A stretch of DNA of 40,028 bases from Candidatus Omnitrophota bacterium (GTDB lineage: Bacteria; Omnitrophota; Gorgyraeia; JABMRN01; RBG-13-46-9): contig JAUWBJ010000004.1 in NCBI GenBank assembly GCA_030605095.1, forward strand, positions 1 through 40,028, in the 5' to 3' direction. The notes below the pieces were generated by a model. It ran no database searches. It was not told the DNA's origin and saw only the letters and a list, made by a program, of their open reading frames with translations. Made by a program: the position numbers and the translations under genes. Shown here in pieces: positions 27,725-40,028 of this stretch (its first letter is position 1; each line of letters begins with the position of its first letter).

Positions 27725-30382
27725 ATGAAAGACATACCGAGCAAATACAATCCAAAAGAAGTAGAAGAGAAGTGGTATCGGTTCTGGGAGGAGAAAGGAT
27801 TTTTCCACGCTGAGGCAAATCCTAAAAAGAAGCCGTACTCTATCGTAATCCCTCCGCCGAACATAACAGGCATTCTCCATATGGGCCACGCCCTTAATAA
27901 TACCATTCAGGATATATACATCAGATTTAAGAGGATGCAAGGGTTCGAGGCATTATGGATGCCCGGGACAGACCACGCGGGTATCGCTACGCAAAATGTC
28001 GTCGAGAAACGCCTCGCCTCTCTCGGCAAGGATAGGGAGTCGCTCGGCCGCGAAGAATTCCTGAAAGAGGTATGGAAATGGCGGGAAGAATATGGCTCAA
28101 CAATTATAAATCAACTTAAAAGATTGGGCTGTTCCTGCGACTGGGCAAAAACGCGTTTTACAATGGATAAAGGCCTCTCGAACGCGGTTTTAGAGGTATT
28201 CATAAGACTCTATAAGAAAAACTTAATTTACAGGGGAAATTACATAATAAACTGGTGCCCGAGATGTAAGACAGCATTGAGCGACGAGGAGGCGCAACAT
28301 CGCGACGTTGACGGCATGTTGTATTACATCAAGTACCCTATAGAAAAATCCAAAATCCAAAATCCAAAATCCAAAATTGAGGATTATCTAATTGTGGCGA
28401 CGACGAGACCCGAGACGATGCTCGGAGATGTTGCCGTATGTGTTAGCCCAAAAGACAAACGATATAAACATTTAAAAGGCAAAACAGCAATACTTCCTAT
28501 TCTCAATCGCAAGCTAAAGATAATTTTTGACAAAAGGGTAGATCCTAAATTCGGCACCGGTATCTTAAAGGTTACGCCTGCGCATGACCCCGTTGACTTT
28601 GAATTAGGCAACATTCATAAATTAGAGCCGATAAATGTGATGAATGCCGACGCCACGATAAATGAAGTAGGCGGTGATTTTAAAGGAATGGATAGATTCG
28701 AGGCGCGTGAGGCCATTATAGAGGAACTGAAGGAAAGGGATTTATTTGTTAAATCCGAGCCGCACAAACATGCTGCCGGCCACTGTTATAGATGTCATAC
28801 CATGGTGGAGCCGCGGCTTTCGAAGCAGTGGTTTGTGAAGATGAAACCTCTGGCAAAACCTGCTCTCGAGGCAGTTAAAAAAGGCAAAATTAAATTTTAT
28901 CCAAAGCACTGGACAAAGATTTATATAAATTGGATGGAAAACATAAGGGACTGGTGCATATCAAGGCAGATATGGTGGGGACACCGAATTCCTATTTACT
29001 ATTGCAAGGCCTGTCAGGAAGTTATCGCCTCCAAGATAAAACCCGAAAAGTGTTCCAAGTGCGGTTCAAGTGAAATTGAACAGGATCCGGATGTGCTTGA
29101 TACATGGTTTTCCTCATGGCTTTGGCCTTTTTCTACATTCGGGTGGCCGGAAAAAACAAAAGAATTAAAGTATTTCTATCCTACGGATGTCTTGGTCACG
29201 GCCCAGGAGATTATATTCTTCTGGGTAGCGCGCATGATAATGGCAGGTATGGAATTTATGAAAGATATACCGTTTAAGGATGTTTATATACATGGTACTG
29301 TGAGGGATGATACGGGAACCAAGATGTCGAAGTCGCTGGGAAATATAATTGACCCGATAGATATTATAAATCAATTCGGAAGCGATGCCCTCAGGTTCAG
29401 CATTATTTCTATTACTGCCCAGGGCCAGGACGTATTTTTGTCGCCGCAGAAATTTGAAATCGGGAGAAATTTCGCCAATAAACTCTGGAACGCGTCAAGG
29501 TTTGCTATGATGAATTTAAAAGAAGAGTCGGTAAAGAAAGACTTATGCCAAGCCTCAAATGACCCAACTCTGACTTTGGCCGACAAATGGATATTAAGCA
29601 GGTTCTACCAGATGCTCGGCGATTTTACGAAGTCGCTCGAGCGATACAGGATAAACGACGCGGCAAATAGAATTTACGAATTTATCTGGCATGAATTCTG
29701 TGACTGGTATCTTGAAATTGCAAAATTGACTATAAAAGAGGCGCATACACAAGTTACGCTTTACAAGGTATTGGAAAAGTCTTTAAGGATACTTCATCCG
29801 GTTATGCCTTTTATAACAGAGGATATATGGCAGCGCCTTCCGAGAGAGTATAATATCGATTCCATTATGGTTACAAACTTGCCGCACATGCAAAAAGAAT
29901 TTATTTCTAAAAAAATAGATTCTGAAATGGAACTTCTGATAGATATTATTCAGGCAATCAGAAATTTGAGGGCCACCTGGCGTATAGAGCATAATAGGAA
30001 ACTTGACGTTTTTATAACGGCAAAGAAGAAAGACATTTCGATTTTAAACGCAAATGTTACGTATATAAATAAACTCGCAGCCGTAGGAAACCTGAACATA
30101 TCAACCAAAATGAAAAAACCGCCACATTCGGCCATTTCGATTATCCGCGATATAGAGATATTCATTCCGCTGGAAGGCGTTATCGACATAGATAAAGAGA
30201 AAAAACGCCTGGAAGAGAAATTTAAAAATCTTCAGTCTGAACTTAAAAGAACCGAGGCCAAACTGAAAAACAAGGGATTTATTTCAAAAGCGCCTCGAGA
30301 CGTTATTCAGAAAGCAGAGAAAAGAAAGAAATCCTTAAAAACAGAAATGCTTTCGCTTAAGAAGAACCTTAACGCATTATGA
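27725..30382 (+). CDS. valS: Valine--tRNA ligase
   Basis: PPPNITGILHMGH, PGTDHAGIATQ, ATTRPET, DWCISRQIWWGHRIP, KMSKS, C-terminal coiled coil. Confidence 0.98.
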   Translation: MKDIPSKYNPKEVEEKWYRFWEEKGFFHAEANPKKKPYSIVIPPPNITGILHMGHALNNTIQDIYIRFKRMQGFEALWMPGTDHAGIATQNVVEKRLASLGKDRESLGREEFLKEVWKWREEYGSTIINQLKRLGCSCDWAKTRFTMDKGLSNAVLEVFIRLYKKNLIYRGNYIINWCPRCKTALSDEEAQHRDVDGMLYYIKYPIEKSKIQNPKSKIEDYLIVATTRPETMLGDVAVCVSPKDKRYKHLKGKTAILPILNRKLKIIFDKRVDPKFGTGILKVTPAHDPVDFELGNIHKLEPINVMNADATINEVGGDFKGMDRFEAREAIIEELKERDLFVKSEPHKHAAGHCYRCHTMVEPRLSKQWFVKMKPLAKPALEAVKKGKIKFYPKHWTKIYINWMENIRDWCISRQIWWGHRIPIYYCKACQEVIASKIKPEKCSKCGSSEIEQDPDVLDTWFSSWLWPFSTFGWPEKTKELKYFYPTDVLVTAQEIIFFWVARMIMAGMEFMKDIPFKDVYIHGTVRDDTGTKMSKSLGNIIDPIDIINQFGSDALRFSIISITAQGQDVFLSPQKFEIGRNFANKLWNASRFAMMNLKEESVKKDLCQASNDPTLTLADKWILSRFYQMLGDFTKSLERYRINDAANRIYEFIWHEFCDWYLEIAKLTIKEAHTQVTLYKVLEKSLRILHPVMPFITEDIWQRLPREYNIDSIMVTNLPHMQKEFISKKIDSEMELLIDIIQAIRNLRATWRIEHNRKLDVFITAKKKDISILNANVTYINKLAAVGNLNISTKMKKPPHSAISIIRDIEIFIPLEGVIDIDKEKKRLEEKFKNLQSELKRTEAKLKNKGFISKAPRDVIQKAEKRKKSLKTEMLSLKKNLNAL
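28345..28378 (+). repeat. Heptamer tandem repeat (AAAATCC)x4 + AAAATT within valS
   Basis: Encodes KSKIQNPKSKI in the loop before LIVATTRPET. Confidence 0.85.
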
Positions 30383-31239
30383 AACTGAACAAAACAAGAG
30401 CCTTAAAGATAATCAGGGCTGCCTTAAAGGAAGATATAGGAGTCGGGGATGTCACGACTTCGGTTACCGTTCCCAAACTCGAGAGCGTGAAGGCCTCTAT
30501 TGTGGCTCATGAGGGCTGTATCCTTTGCGGCATAGATATCGCGGAGTGGGCTATAAATTCCGTTGATTACAGTGTAAGATTCAAACCGCAGGCCAAAGAC
30601 GGCCAGCGGGTTTATAAGGGAAAAGTAGTTGCCTTTTTAGAGGGCCACGCGAGAGCCATTCTTTCAGCCGAAAGAACGATGCTGAATTTCTTAAGTCTAT
30701 TAAGCGGCATAGCGACAAATGTAAATAAATTTGCGGAAAATACGAGAAAATACGGGGTTAAGATTTATGACACGCGAAAGATGTTTCCTCTTTTAAGGTA
30801 CCTGGAAAAATACGCCGTAGAAACAGGAGGCGGTTACAGCCACAGGTCCGGACTGTGGGACCAGGTGCTTGTAAAAGATAATCACTTAAAGCTTGTAAAA
30901 ATAGACGCCCAAAGGGGTCTTGTCAACAATATTAGAAAGAAAATTACAAAGGGTTTAAAGGTTGAAGTTGAGGTCGAGAATTTAGAGCAGTTTAAGACTA
31001 TGTTAGCCGAGGGGCCGGATATTATTATGCTTGATAATATGAGTGTCGGCGATGTAAAAAAGGCTGTTGATTTAAGAGATAAAACAGTAGCAAAAAAGAA
31101 ACCGCTTCTGGAAGTTTCAGGCGGAATAAACATAGATAATGTCGGGGAATACGCCGGAACCGGCGTTGACAGAATCTCAATCGGCGCTCTTACGGACTCG
31201 GTTGAGTCAGTTGATATGAGTCTTGAGATAGTGTACTGA
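30379..31239 (+). CDS. nadC: Nicotinate-nucleotide diphosphorylase (carboxylating)
   Basis: EDIG.GDVT, ERT.LNF, DTRK, HR.GL.D..L.KDNH, EVEV, IMLDNM, EVSGGI. Confidence 0.96.
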   Translation: MKLNKTRALKIIRAALKEDIGVGDVTTSVTVPKLESVKASIVAHEGCILCGIDIAEWAINSVDYSVRFKPQAKDGQRVYKGKVVAFLEGHARAILSAERTMLNFLSLLSGIATNVNKFAENTRKYGVKIYDTRKMFPLLRYLEKYAVETGGGYSHRSGLWDQVLVKDNHLKLVKIDAQRGLVNNIRKKITKGLKVEVEVENLEQFKTMLAEGPDIIMLDNMSVGDVKKAVDLRDKTVAKKKPLLEVSGGINIDNVGEYAGTGVDRISIGALTDSVESVDMSLEIVY

Positions 31240-31240
31240 A

Positions 31241-34200
31241 ATGCCAAAACTTAAACTCCGAAGCAGCTACAAGGTAAAAGGCGACCAACCTCAGGCCATA
31301 AAGAAACTAACCAAAGGTATTTTAGATAATAAAAGATATCAGACTCTGCTTGGTGTAACAGGCAGTGGAAAAAGTTTACCTCCCGATGAAATGATTTTAA
31401 CATATAGACATATGGAAGATAAATTTATTCCTGGGTTAGAGCGTATCGGAATTTTTGTTGACCAGTTTATAAATCAGGATAATGCATCGGTAATTAACTC
31501 GCACAATACACAAACAATCTTATTAGACAGTGACAAAATCAATTATTATGCTTTTAGTTTAAATCCCCGCACTTTACAAACCGAAATTAAACCTATTTCC
31601 GCTGTCCATAAACATCATTCTCCCAAGAGTATATGGACGGTCACCACCATCTGTGGCCGCTCAGTCCGCATTACAGGTGATCATAACTTGTGGGTCTTGC
31701 GAAATGGTAAGTTAGCACTCCTTAAAACTCGAGAAGTGAAAGAGAGTGATTATCTACCTATCCCATTAAACCTGCCTCACAATACAGAGGCACTCGACTC
31801 GACTATGCTTTTAGATACTTTAGGTAATGAAAGGCGCATATTTGTAAATGGCGATAGACAATCTTTGAATTTAACCGGTCAGGATATGTGGAAGTTAGGA
31901 AAAGTTATTCGACCAGAATCTCAAAACTCTGGATATCAAAAACTTTGGAGAGCTGTCATAGAAGGTGAACGTCTTTCTCTTTTGGATGCAAGAATGCTGG
32001 AGTCGCAAGGAATATATCTTGGACTATCGTCATTAAAAATTGGAGTAAAAAACAGTGATAGAAAAATACCTTTAGAAATGCCTATCACCGATAGTTTATT
32101 AGAACTCGTTGGCCATTACTTGGCAGAAGGACATGCAGAGGACAGATATTTTTTAATATCCTGTAATGAGACCGAGGTGCAAAAACGTTTAGAGAAGTGT
32201 TTTAAAAATCTAAAGCTTAGTTGGTTTGTTAGGAGCAATGGTTATGATTACCAGGTTTCATGCAGTATTCTGACGCGTCTTTTCAAAAAATGGTGCGGAT
32301 CAAATTCAAAAGTAAAATGTCTACCGGATTTTTGGCCACAGTTAAACCAGTCGCAGCTTAGCTTATTACTATCCGCTTATTTCACAGGAGATGGTGGTGT
32401 TGAAGGTGATGACGTGACAGTAACTACAGCCAGTAAGCGATTGGCTTCGGATTTGGTATATGCCTTGACTAGATTTGGTATATACACTCGCACGTCTAAG
32501 CGATTTAAGCGAGCAACCAATTCTGCACACAAAGGAAGGCTTTATCATAGACTTTCCATCTCAGGCGTTAGTCAGTTAAGGCTGTTTACAAATCAAATCA
32601 ACTTTCTTTCTGATCGTAAGCGTCAGCAGCTCGAGCTTATTATTGGAAAAGAAGAAAATACCAACGTAGATATTATTCCTATATCAGGAAGAGAAATTAA
32701 GCGATTACGCAGAGAGCTTTGTTTATCGCAATTGACATTGGCAAGGCAGAGTGGATGTGGGGAATCATTTATATCAATGATAGAGTCCGGAAAGCGAAGG
32801 TTATCACGAAATTTGTTCAAAAGGCTTATAAGAAGTTTTGAGATAAAAACAAATGAACTGAAGCGATTCGACCTTTTAAAAGATATCTTTACCTTAAAAC
32901 AGCTTAGTTTAGTCTTCTGGACCGGGGTGAAGTCAGTAAAACAAAAGGCCAGCGACTCCGAATGGGTTTACGATTTAAGTGTAAAAGATAATGAGACTTT
33001 CTATGCGGGATTTGGTGGCCTGTTTGTCCATAATACATTCACCCTCGCGAATGTAATCGAAAAGATTAATAAACCAACCCTTGTAATAAGTCCAAATAAA
33101 ACATTATGTGCCCAGCTCTATGCTGAGTTCAAAGAATTCTTTCCGGAGAACGCCGTTGAGTATTTCGTGAGTTACTATGATTACTATCAACCCGAAGCGT
33201 ATATTCCGCAAGCCGATATGTATATCGAAAAAGATGCCTCCATTAATGATGATATTGACAGATTAAGGCTTTCGGCTACGAGTTCGCTTATCTCGAGAGA
33301 GGACGTTATTATTGTAGCCAGCGTATCGTGCATATACGGACTCGGCTCGCCGGAGGATTACAGGGAACTACTTCTTATGCTTCAAAAGGGAGATAGTTTA
33401 ACAAGAGAAGACCTTTTAAAGAAACTGGTAGAGATTCACTACGAGAGAAACGATATCGAATTCCAGCGGGCAAAATTCAGGGTAAGAGGCGATATAATAG
33501 AAATTTTTCCGGCCTATTTGGGGATAGCCTACAGAATAGAGCTTGATTTTGATAAGGTCGGGACGATAAAAGAGATAAATCCTCTTACCGGAAAAACAAT
33601 AAGAGAACAGGAGAAAATAGCAATTTATCCCGCCAAGCATTTTGTTACTACAGGCGAAAGAATAGAAAGAGCAATAGAATCCATTAAAAAAGAATTAGAA
33701 GGACAGCTTGCCGGATTCAAGTCCGAGGGCAAACTTTTAGAGGCGGAAAGATTGTCAACCAGAACGAAATATGACATAGAGATGCTACGGGAGCTCGGAT
33801 ATTGTAACGGGATAGAAAATTATTCAAGGCACCTGTCCGGAAGAGCCCCCGGCTCAAGGCCGTGTTGCCTTATCGATTATTTTCCCGACGAGTTTTTAAC
33901 CGTTATTGACGAATCTCACGTTACAATCCCGCAACTAAGGGGTATGTATAACGGCGACAGGTCGCGCAAAGAGACACTGGTCGAATACGGCTTCAGGTTA
34001 CCCAGCGCCCTCGATAACAGGCCTCTTAAATTTGAAGAATTTACGGAGGTAACAAAAGAAATAATATTTGTTTCGGCGACCCCCGCCGAATACGAACTAT
34101 CGGAGAGCAGAAGTATAGTCGAACAGATTATACGGCCTACGGGTTTAATCGACCCGCCAGTTGTTGTAAAGCCGACGGAAAATCAGGTAGACGACCTTAT

Positions 34201-34873
34201 CAAAGAGATAAAAAACCGTGTTGATAAAAAAGAGAGGACATTGGTTACGACGCTAACAAAGCGCCTTGCGGAAGAACTTGCCGAATATCTGGCGGAAATG
34301 GGTATAGCAGTAAGATATCTCCACTCGGAAATAGATGTTATAGAGAGGGTGGAAATTTTACGCGACTTAAGGCTCCGAAAATTTGATTGCCTGGTAGGAA
34401 TAAATTTATTAAGGGAAGGGCTTGATTTACCGGAGGTGTCTCTGGTGGCGGTTCTGGACGCTGATAAGGAAGGATTCTTAAGGAGTCGTACATCCCTCAT
34501 ACAGGTCGCGGGAAGGGCCGCGCGAAACATAAACGGAACTGTTATAATGTACGCGGATAATATAACCAAATCGATGAAGCGCGCAATCGATGAGACGAAT
34601 AGAAGAAGAAAGCTCCAACTCCAGTTTAATCAAAAGCACAATATTACGCCCGAGACAATCAAGAAGGCCGTCAGAGAGAGTATCGAATCGTATAGAAAAG
34701 CGAAAGAACTTATAAGAGACGTTACCGGCGAATACGACGACGAATATGAATTGAGGAATGTTATAAACGACCTTGAAGGGGACATGGGCCTTGCCGCGAG
34801 GAATCTGCAATTCGAAAAAGCAATAGTATTCAGGAACCAGATTAAGGCATTGAAGAGAAAACTTAAAAGATGA
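31241..34873 (+). CDS. uvrB: Excinuclease ABC subunit B precursor containing an intein (656 aa after splicing)
   Basis: [71 protein letters not shown]. Confidence 0.96.
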   Translation: MPKLKLRSSYKVKGDQPQAIKKLTKGILDNKRYQTLLGVTGSGKSLPPDEMILTYRHMEDKFIPGLERIGIFVDQFINQDNASVINSHNTQTILLDSDKINYYAFSLNPRTLQTEIKPISAVHKHHSPKSIWTVTTICGRSVRITGDHNLWVLRNGKLALLKTREVKESDYLPIPLNLPHNTEALDSTMLLDTLGNERRIFVNGDRQSLNLTGQDMWKLGKVIRPESQNSGYQKLWRAVIEGERLSLLDARMLESQGIYLGLSSLKIGVKNSDRKIPLEMPITDSLLELVGHYLAEGHAEDRYFLISCNETEVQKRLEKCFKNLKLSWFVRSNGYDYQVSCSILTRLFKKWCGSNSKVKCLPDFWPQLNQSQLSLLLSAYFTGDGGVEGDDVTVTTASKRLASDLVYALTRFGIYTRTSKRFKRATNSAHKGRLYHRLSISGVSQLRLFTNQINFLSDRKRQQLELIIGKEENTNVDIIPISGREIKRLRRELCLSQLTLARQSGCGESFISMIESGKRRLSRNLFKRLIRSFEIKTNELKRFDLLKDIFTLKQLSLVFWTGVKSVKQKASDSEWVYDLSVKDNETFYAGFGGLFVHNTFTLANVIEKINKPTLVISPNKTLCAQLYAEFKEFFPENAVEYFVSYYDYYQPEAYIPQADMYIEKDASINDDIDRLRLSATSSLISREDVIIVASVSCIYGLGSPEDYRELLLMLQKGDSLTREDLLKKLVEIHYERNDIEFQRAKFRVRGDIIEIFPAYLGIAYRIELDFDKVGTIKEINPLTGKTIREQEKIAIYPAKHFVTTGERIERAIESIKKELEGQLAGFKSEGKLLEAERLSTRTKYDIEMLRELGYCNGIENYSRHLSGRAPGSRPCCLIDYFPDEFLTVIDESHVTIPQLRGMYNGDRSRKETLVEYGFRLPSALDNRPLKFEEFTEVTKEIIFVSATPAEYELSESRSIVEQIIRPTGLIDPPVVVKPTENQVDDLIKEIKNRVDKKERTLVTTLTKRLAEELAEYLAEMGIAVRYLHSEIDVIERVEILRDLRLRKFDCLVGINLLREGLDLPEVSLVAVLDADKEGFLRSRTSLIQVAGRAARNINGTVIMYADNITKSMKRAIDETNRRRKLQLQFNQKHNITPETIKKAVRESIESYRKAKELIRDVTGEYDDEYELRNVINDLEGDMGLAARNLQFEKAIVFRNQIKALKRKLKR
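31373..33034 (+). mobile_element. 554-aa intein with LAGLIDADG homing endonuclease and XRE HTH, inserted in the UvrB Walker A motif
   Basis: N-junction GSGK|SLPPDE; block B ITGDHNLW; LVGHYLAEG and LSAYFTGDG; block F VYDLSV; C-junction FVHN|TFTLAN. Confidence 0.93.
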
Positions 34874-35844
34874 AAAAAGATGATAGAATATTAGGGTTAT
34901 TCAAGAAGAACAGAGATTCCTTTCTTTCAGGAGAAGAGGTAAGCCGATCTCTCGGTATCTCGCGGCAGGCACTATGGAAACATATCGAGAAGCTGAGAGA
35001 AATAGGGTATATAATAGAAGCAGTCCCGCATCTTGGCTATAAATTGCTTGCTGTTCCCGATAAAATACTCGTTCCTGAAATAAGATGGAATCTAAAAACA
35101 AAGCTCATAGGAAAAGAAATTTATTTCTATGAAAGCGCAGGGTCCACGAATAACATAGCTTATGAATTGGCCGAGGAAGGTGCCGGGGAAGGAACCGTTG
35201 TTATCGCTAATGAACAGACGAAAGGAAAAGGCCGGCTTGGCAGAGAATGGGTTTCTCCCGGAGGCGGAGGAATTTATTTATCCTGCATCTTGCGCCCGGA
35301 TATCTTGCCGAATGAAGTCCCGAAAATTACTCTTGTCGCAGCGGTAAGCGCGGTAAAAGCTATTCGCAAGTTTCTCGACCTTGAAGGGCTTATTCGATGG
35401 CCCAACGATATTCTCATTTCCGATAGAAAAGCAGCCGGCATACTTACGGAATTAAAAGGGGAACTCGACCGTGTCAATTTTGTCATTCTCGGCATAGGCA
35501 TAAATGTTAATACCCCTAAGAGTGCGCTTCCTAAGGGGGGCACTTCTCTTAAAGAGGAGAGCAAATCCTCCAAGGATTTTTCAAGAGTAGAGCTTGTTAA
35601 AATATTGCTTGAAGTGCTCGAAAAAGAATATATGAAATTTAAGAAAGACGGGTTTTCAACTGTAAGGAATGAGTTGAAAAGCTATTCCTGCGCTTTGGGC
35701 CGGTATGTCAGCGTAACGGCAAGCGGCAGAAGGAGATTTCACGGCAAAGCCGTCGACATTGACGAGAACGGCGGCCTTGTGGTAAAATTAGATGATGGGT
35801 CGCGAAAGACGTTTTTAAGCGGAGATGTGGTGTTGATAAGGTAG
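34870..35844 (+). CDS. birA: Bifunctional biotin--[acetyl-CoA-carboxylase] ligase / biotin operon repressor
   Basis: N-terminal HTH ([20 protein letters not shown]), [30 protein letters not shown]. Confidence 0.95.
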   Translation: MKKDDRILGLFKKNRDSFLSGEEVSRSLGISRQALWKHIEKLREIGYIIEAVPHLGYKLLAVPDKILVPEIRWNLKTKLIGKEIYFYESAGSTNNIAYELAEEGAGEGTVVIANEQTKGKGRLGREWVSPGGGGIYLSCILRPDILPNEVPKITLVAAVSAVKAIRKFLDLEGLIRWPNDILISDRKAAGILTELKGELDRVNFVILGIGINVNTPKSALPKGGTSLKEESKSSKDFSRVELVKILLEVLEKEYMKFKKDGFSTVRNELKSYSCALGRYVSVTASGRRRFHGKAVDIDENGGLVVKLDDGSRKTFLSGDVVLIR

Positions 35845-35851
35845 GTAAGCA

Positions 35852-36583
35852 ATGCTCTTGGCAATAGATATAGGAAATACTAATATCAGTTTAGCGGTTA
35901 TAAGCAAAGACGGAAGCATAAAAAAAAGATATCACACACCTACGCATAAGCTTAGTCTAATGCCCATACTAAAAAAGCTCCAAAAAAGAATAGATAGAAT
36001 ATTTATCGTGTCCGTAGTTCCCAAAACGCTCAGAGAGGTTAAGAGCAGTTTAAAGAAGAAATTTAAGAATACAAGAATATTCGTTGTCGGCAAAGATGTA
36101 AAAGTCCCGCTAAAATCCCTCTACAATAAACGGGAAATAGGCGAGGATAGGCTCGCTACGGCCTTTGCGGCCAAATCGCTCTACGGCTTACCTATATTAA
36201 TTATAGATTTCGGGACAGCCGTTACGTTTGATGTTGTTTCCAAAAAGGGGGTGTACCTCGGCGGCCTGATACTGCCGGGAATAAAAATGTCTTTGGAATC
36301 GTTGTCCGAAAGGACAGCCATGCTCCCGAAAACACACCTTAAGAAAACACGTTTCTTTATCGGCAAAGATACAACCTCAAGCATAAGAAGCGGGATGATT
36401 TACGGCTATAGCGCAATTTGCGAAGGATTAGTGGCGTTATTCAGAAAGAAAATCGGTAAAAATATAAAAGTAGTTGCGACTGGAGGGGATGCCCCGCTTA
36501 TAAGTCGTTATACTCCATCAATGAAGAGGATAGATTTAGACCTTTCCTTAAAAGGCCTCTATTTTTTGAACAGGGTTGATTAA
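35852..36583 (+). CDS. coaX: Type III pantothenate kinase
   Basis: LAIDIGNTN, IGEDR, IDFGTA.TFD, GGLILPG, VATGG. Confidence 0.94.
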   Translation: MLLAIDIGNTNISLAVISKDGSIKKRYHTPTHKLSLMPILKKLQKRIDRIFIVSVVPKTLREVKSSLKKKFKNTRIFVVGKDVKVPLKSLYNKREIGEDRLATAFAAKSLYGLPILIIDFGTAVTFDVVSKKGVYLGGLILPGIKMSLESLSERTAMLPKTHLKKTRFFIGKDTTSSIRSGMIYGYSAICEGLVALFRKKIGKNIKVVATGGDAPLISRYTPSMKRIDLDLSLKGLYFLNRVD

Positions 36584-36590
36584 TTGCTTC

Positions 36591-36632
36591 TGAACCGGGT
36601 TGATGCGTTTATTTGCGTATCAACCCGGTTCA
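36591..36632. terminator. Long hairpin after coaX (probable terminator)
   Basis: TGAACCGGGTTGATGCG / CGTATCAACCCGGTTCA (17 bp, one G-U). Confidence 0.7.
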
Positions 36633-36657
36633 TTTAATCGGTTCAAAAAAAAAATAC

Positions 36658-36685
36658 TTGACAAATATTGCCATTCTTGTATAAT
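36658..36685 (+). promoter_or_regulatory. Sigma70 promoter of groESL
   Basis: TTGACA-N16-TATAAT. Confidence 0.85.
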
Positions 36686-36695
36686 AAGCAATTTG

Positions 36696-36722
36696 TTAGC
36701 ACTCTATGAGATAGAGTGCTAA
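36696..36722. promoter_or_regulatory. CIRCE element (HrcA operator)
   Basis: TTAGCACTC-N9-GAGTGCTAA, exact consensus, between the promoter and groES. Confidence 0.97.
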
Positions 36723-36766
36723 CTTTTCGGTTAAATTATTAATAGTTGAACTAAGGAGGTAAGTGT

Positions 36767-37054
36767 ATGAAAATTCAACCATTGGGAGACAGAATTTTAG
36801 TTGAGGTTCTTGAAGCGAAAGATAAGACAAAAGGTGGTATAGTTCTTCCTGATGCAGCTAAGGAAAAACCGCAAGAAGCGAAAGTAATCGCTGTAGGCAA
36901 GGGAAAGGTTTCAGAAGACGGAAAAGTAGTTCCTTTAGAGGTAAAAGCCGGAGATAAGATTCTATTCGGTAAATATAGCGGGACAGAAATTACAGTTGAC
37001 GATAAAGAGTATTTGATTTTGAAGGAAGAAGACGTATTGGCAATTATTGAATAG
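36767..37054 (+). CDS. groES: Co-chaperonin GroES
   Basis: [35 protein letters not shown]; RBS AAGGAGG. Confidence 0.98.
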   Translation: MKIQPLGDRILVEVLEAKDKTKGGIVLPDAAKEKPQEAKVIAVGKGKVSEDGKVVPLEVKAGDKILFGKYSGTEITVDDKEYLILKEEDVLAIIE

Positions 37055-37076
37055 TTATAATAAAAAGGAGGAATGA

Positions 37077-38720
<1,644 letters not shown>

Positions 38721-38757
38721 AAACATTTTTGCGAAGCAAAAATGTTCCATAGTAAGC

Positions 38758-38795
38758 AAAAAAGTAGGGCACACTTAAGTGTGCCCTACTTTTTT
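38758..38795. terminator. Bidirectional intrinsic terminator
   Basis: Perfect 38-bp palindrome AAAAAAGTAGGGCACACTTAAGTGTGCCCTACTTTTTT. Confidence 0.88.
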
Positions 38796-38892
38796 ATTCT
38801 GATACTCTCCAACCTATGTTTTACCCAAAAATGTTAAAAAGAAAAAAGCTAGATTGTTTTTACATTACTGTGACACTTCGAAAATCGATTTG

Positions 38893-38901
38893 TGGTATAA
38901 T
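38893..38901 (+). promoter_or_regulatory. Extended -10 promoter giving a near-leaderless transcript
   Basis: TGG-TATAAT ending 9 nt before ATG 38911; no SD sequence. Confidence 0.5.
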
Positions 38902-38910
38902 TTGCACAAA

Positions 38911-40028
38911 ATGAAAAAAATAATATCTTTAATTACGGTTCTTTGCTTTTTGCTAAGTAATGTTAGCTTCGCTTTAAGCCCGCCGGTTGTATTTGGCCCG
39001 CTCGGCGATGAAACCGATGAACAAAAATTATTAGTATTGGCCAAGGCATGCCTGATGGCAGAGCTTTCGGAAATTGACGACGCACGGGATATCGACGATG
39101 AAACTGATATCGAAAAAATTCGTGCAGCAGTTAGAAAAAGAGACATCTTTAGAAAAGTGCTACGACCATATACCGCAGAAGCACACCCCGACGCCCCCAT
39201 AAAAGTAACACCGTATTTTAACGAATCAAATAAAATAGAACAACTTACAGACCACATATTTTCAGTTTCTGTCTCTATCCAGAAAGGCGATGAAAGAATA
39301 AGAGAATATCGTTTACTTTTTTCGACGAAAAGAAACGGAAAACCTACCTTCCCAGTATTATGTACGGTAAAGGAACTTGATAAAGACTTGCTCGATAAAA
39401 TACGCGAACATGATACCCTGCCTCGAAGAACAGAAGCTGATGAAATTGCCATGGCAAATTACGATTGACACCAGCTATATGATGAGGAATTTCTGCAATG
39501 TACGCATAATACCGGAAGGGCTCATTTCTTTCCTAACTTAGGCCGGGCATATAGAGAAAAATATGAACAGATGGTTAAAAATATAATAAAAATCGCAAAT
39601 ATAAAAATTAGCCCATCCGATATGGAAAAGATACTCGATAAAGAATTATGGCTTATTCCTATTGCTCCGGATGATGAAGAAGCGAAAAAACGTCTTGAGA
39701 ATAACAAGCTTGTAATCTTTGACGAAAACGGTAACAGGTATGAAGTTCAAGGCCTTATGCATACGAGTGAAACAGCAATTCATATGTGTGTGCCTGGATG
39801 GCTCATTGATTCTTTAACTGGTAATAACAGGTATGAAACACCGGCTTCTGCGAGGGTTAGTAAAGAAGAGGCTGAATTAATACTTGAATACCGTTTAGCA
39901 AATGAACTTGGTAAAATGCTTGGTTACAAGCCAAGTAAATTTATAGAATCACAAAATGGAGAGGCATATGCAGCGAATCCAGCATCTAAAGAGGAGCTTA
40001 GGCAGGATTTTGTCTATCCAGAATTAAA
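38911..40028 (+). pseudogene. N-terminus of a secreted (possibly large) protein with one in-frame TGA at 39466-39468; frame continues to the window end
   Basis: Signal peptide MKKIISLITVLCFLLSNVSFA-LSP; after ..MANYD* the same frame reads HQLYDEEFLQ...FVYPEL with no further stop. Confidence 0.6.

Noticed and set aside
38854-38910. TTG start for the last ORF
   Set aside because: ATG 38911 begins a canonical signal peptide, and the upstream stretch contains the promoter -10 box.
39466-39468. Genome-wide TGA recoding (code 4 or 25)
   Set aside because: Several conserved genes in the window terminate at TGA at their expected lengths, and the 17-kb ORF contains no in-frame TGA.

Overview
Bacterial chromosomal window. 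Candidatus Omnitrophota is likely, but this is inferred only from the giant-gene architecture, the N- and C-terminal motifs and the repeat types. All real genes are on the + strand. Positions 1-17130 are the 3' part of a giant ORF (>5,700 aa, open from base 1) built like a modular polyprotein. It has a coiled-coil region, two pairs of TM helices, seven XRE-type HTH domains and five HExxH metallopeptidase-like motifs. It also carries enzyme-like cargo (DUF218/YdcF, 1.5 phosphate-acetyltransferase domains, a GNAT-like domain). Its modules are joined by a recurring DNA/peptide junction (GCGATTGCGRATGGGGA = AIANGD/AIADGE). Positions 17.4-38.7 kb are housekeeping genes: gpsA, hom, thrC, tRNA-Pro(GGG), apgM-like, cstA, lysC, cimA, valS, nadC, intein-containing uvrB, birA, coaX and CIRCE-controlled groES-groEL. 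This region holds many small palindromic elements, including a 109-bp MITE-like insert in the gpsA start codon and in-frame repeat insertions in thrC and valS. The window ends with the start of a second signal-peptide-bearing protein whose frame is interrupted by a single in-frame TGA. All domain calls are by eye; no database searches were run.
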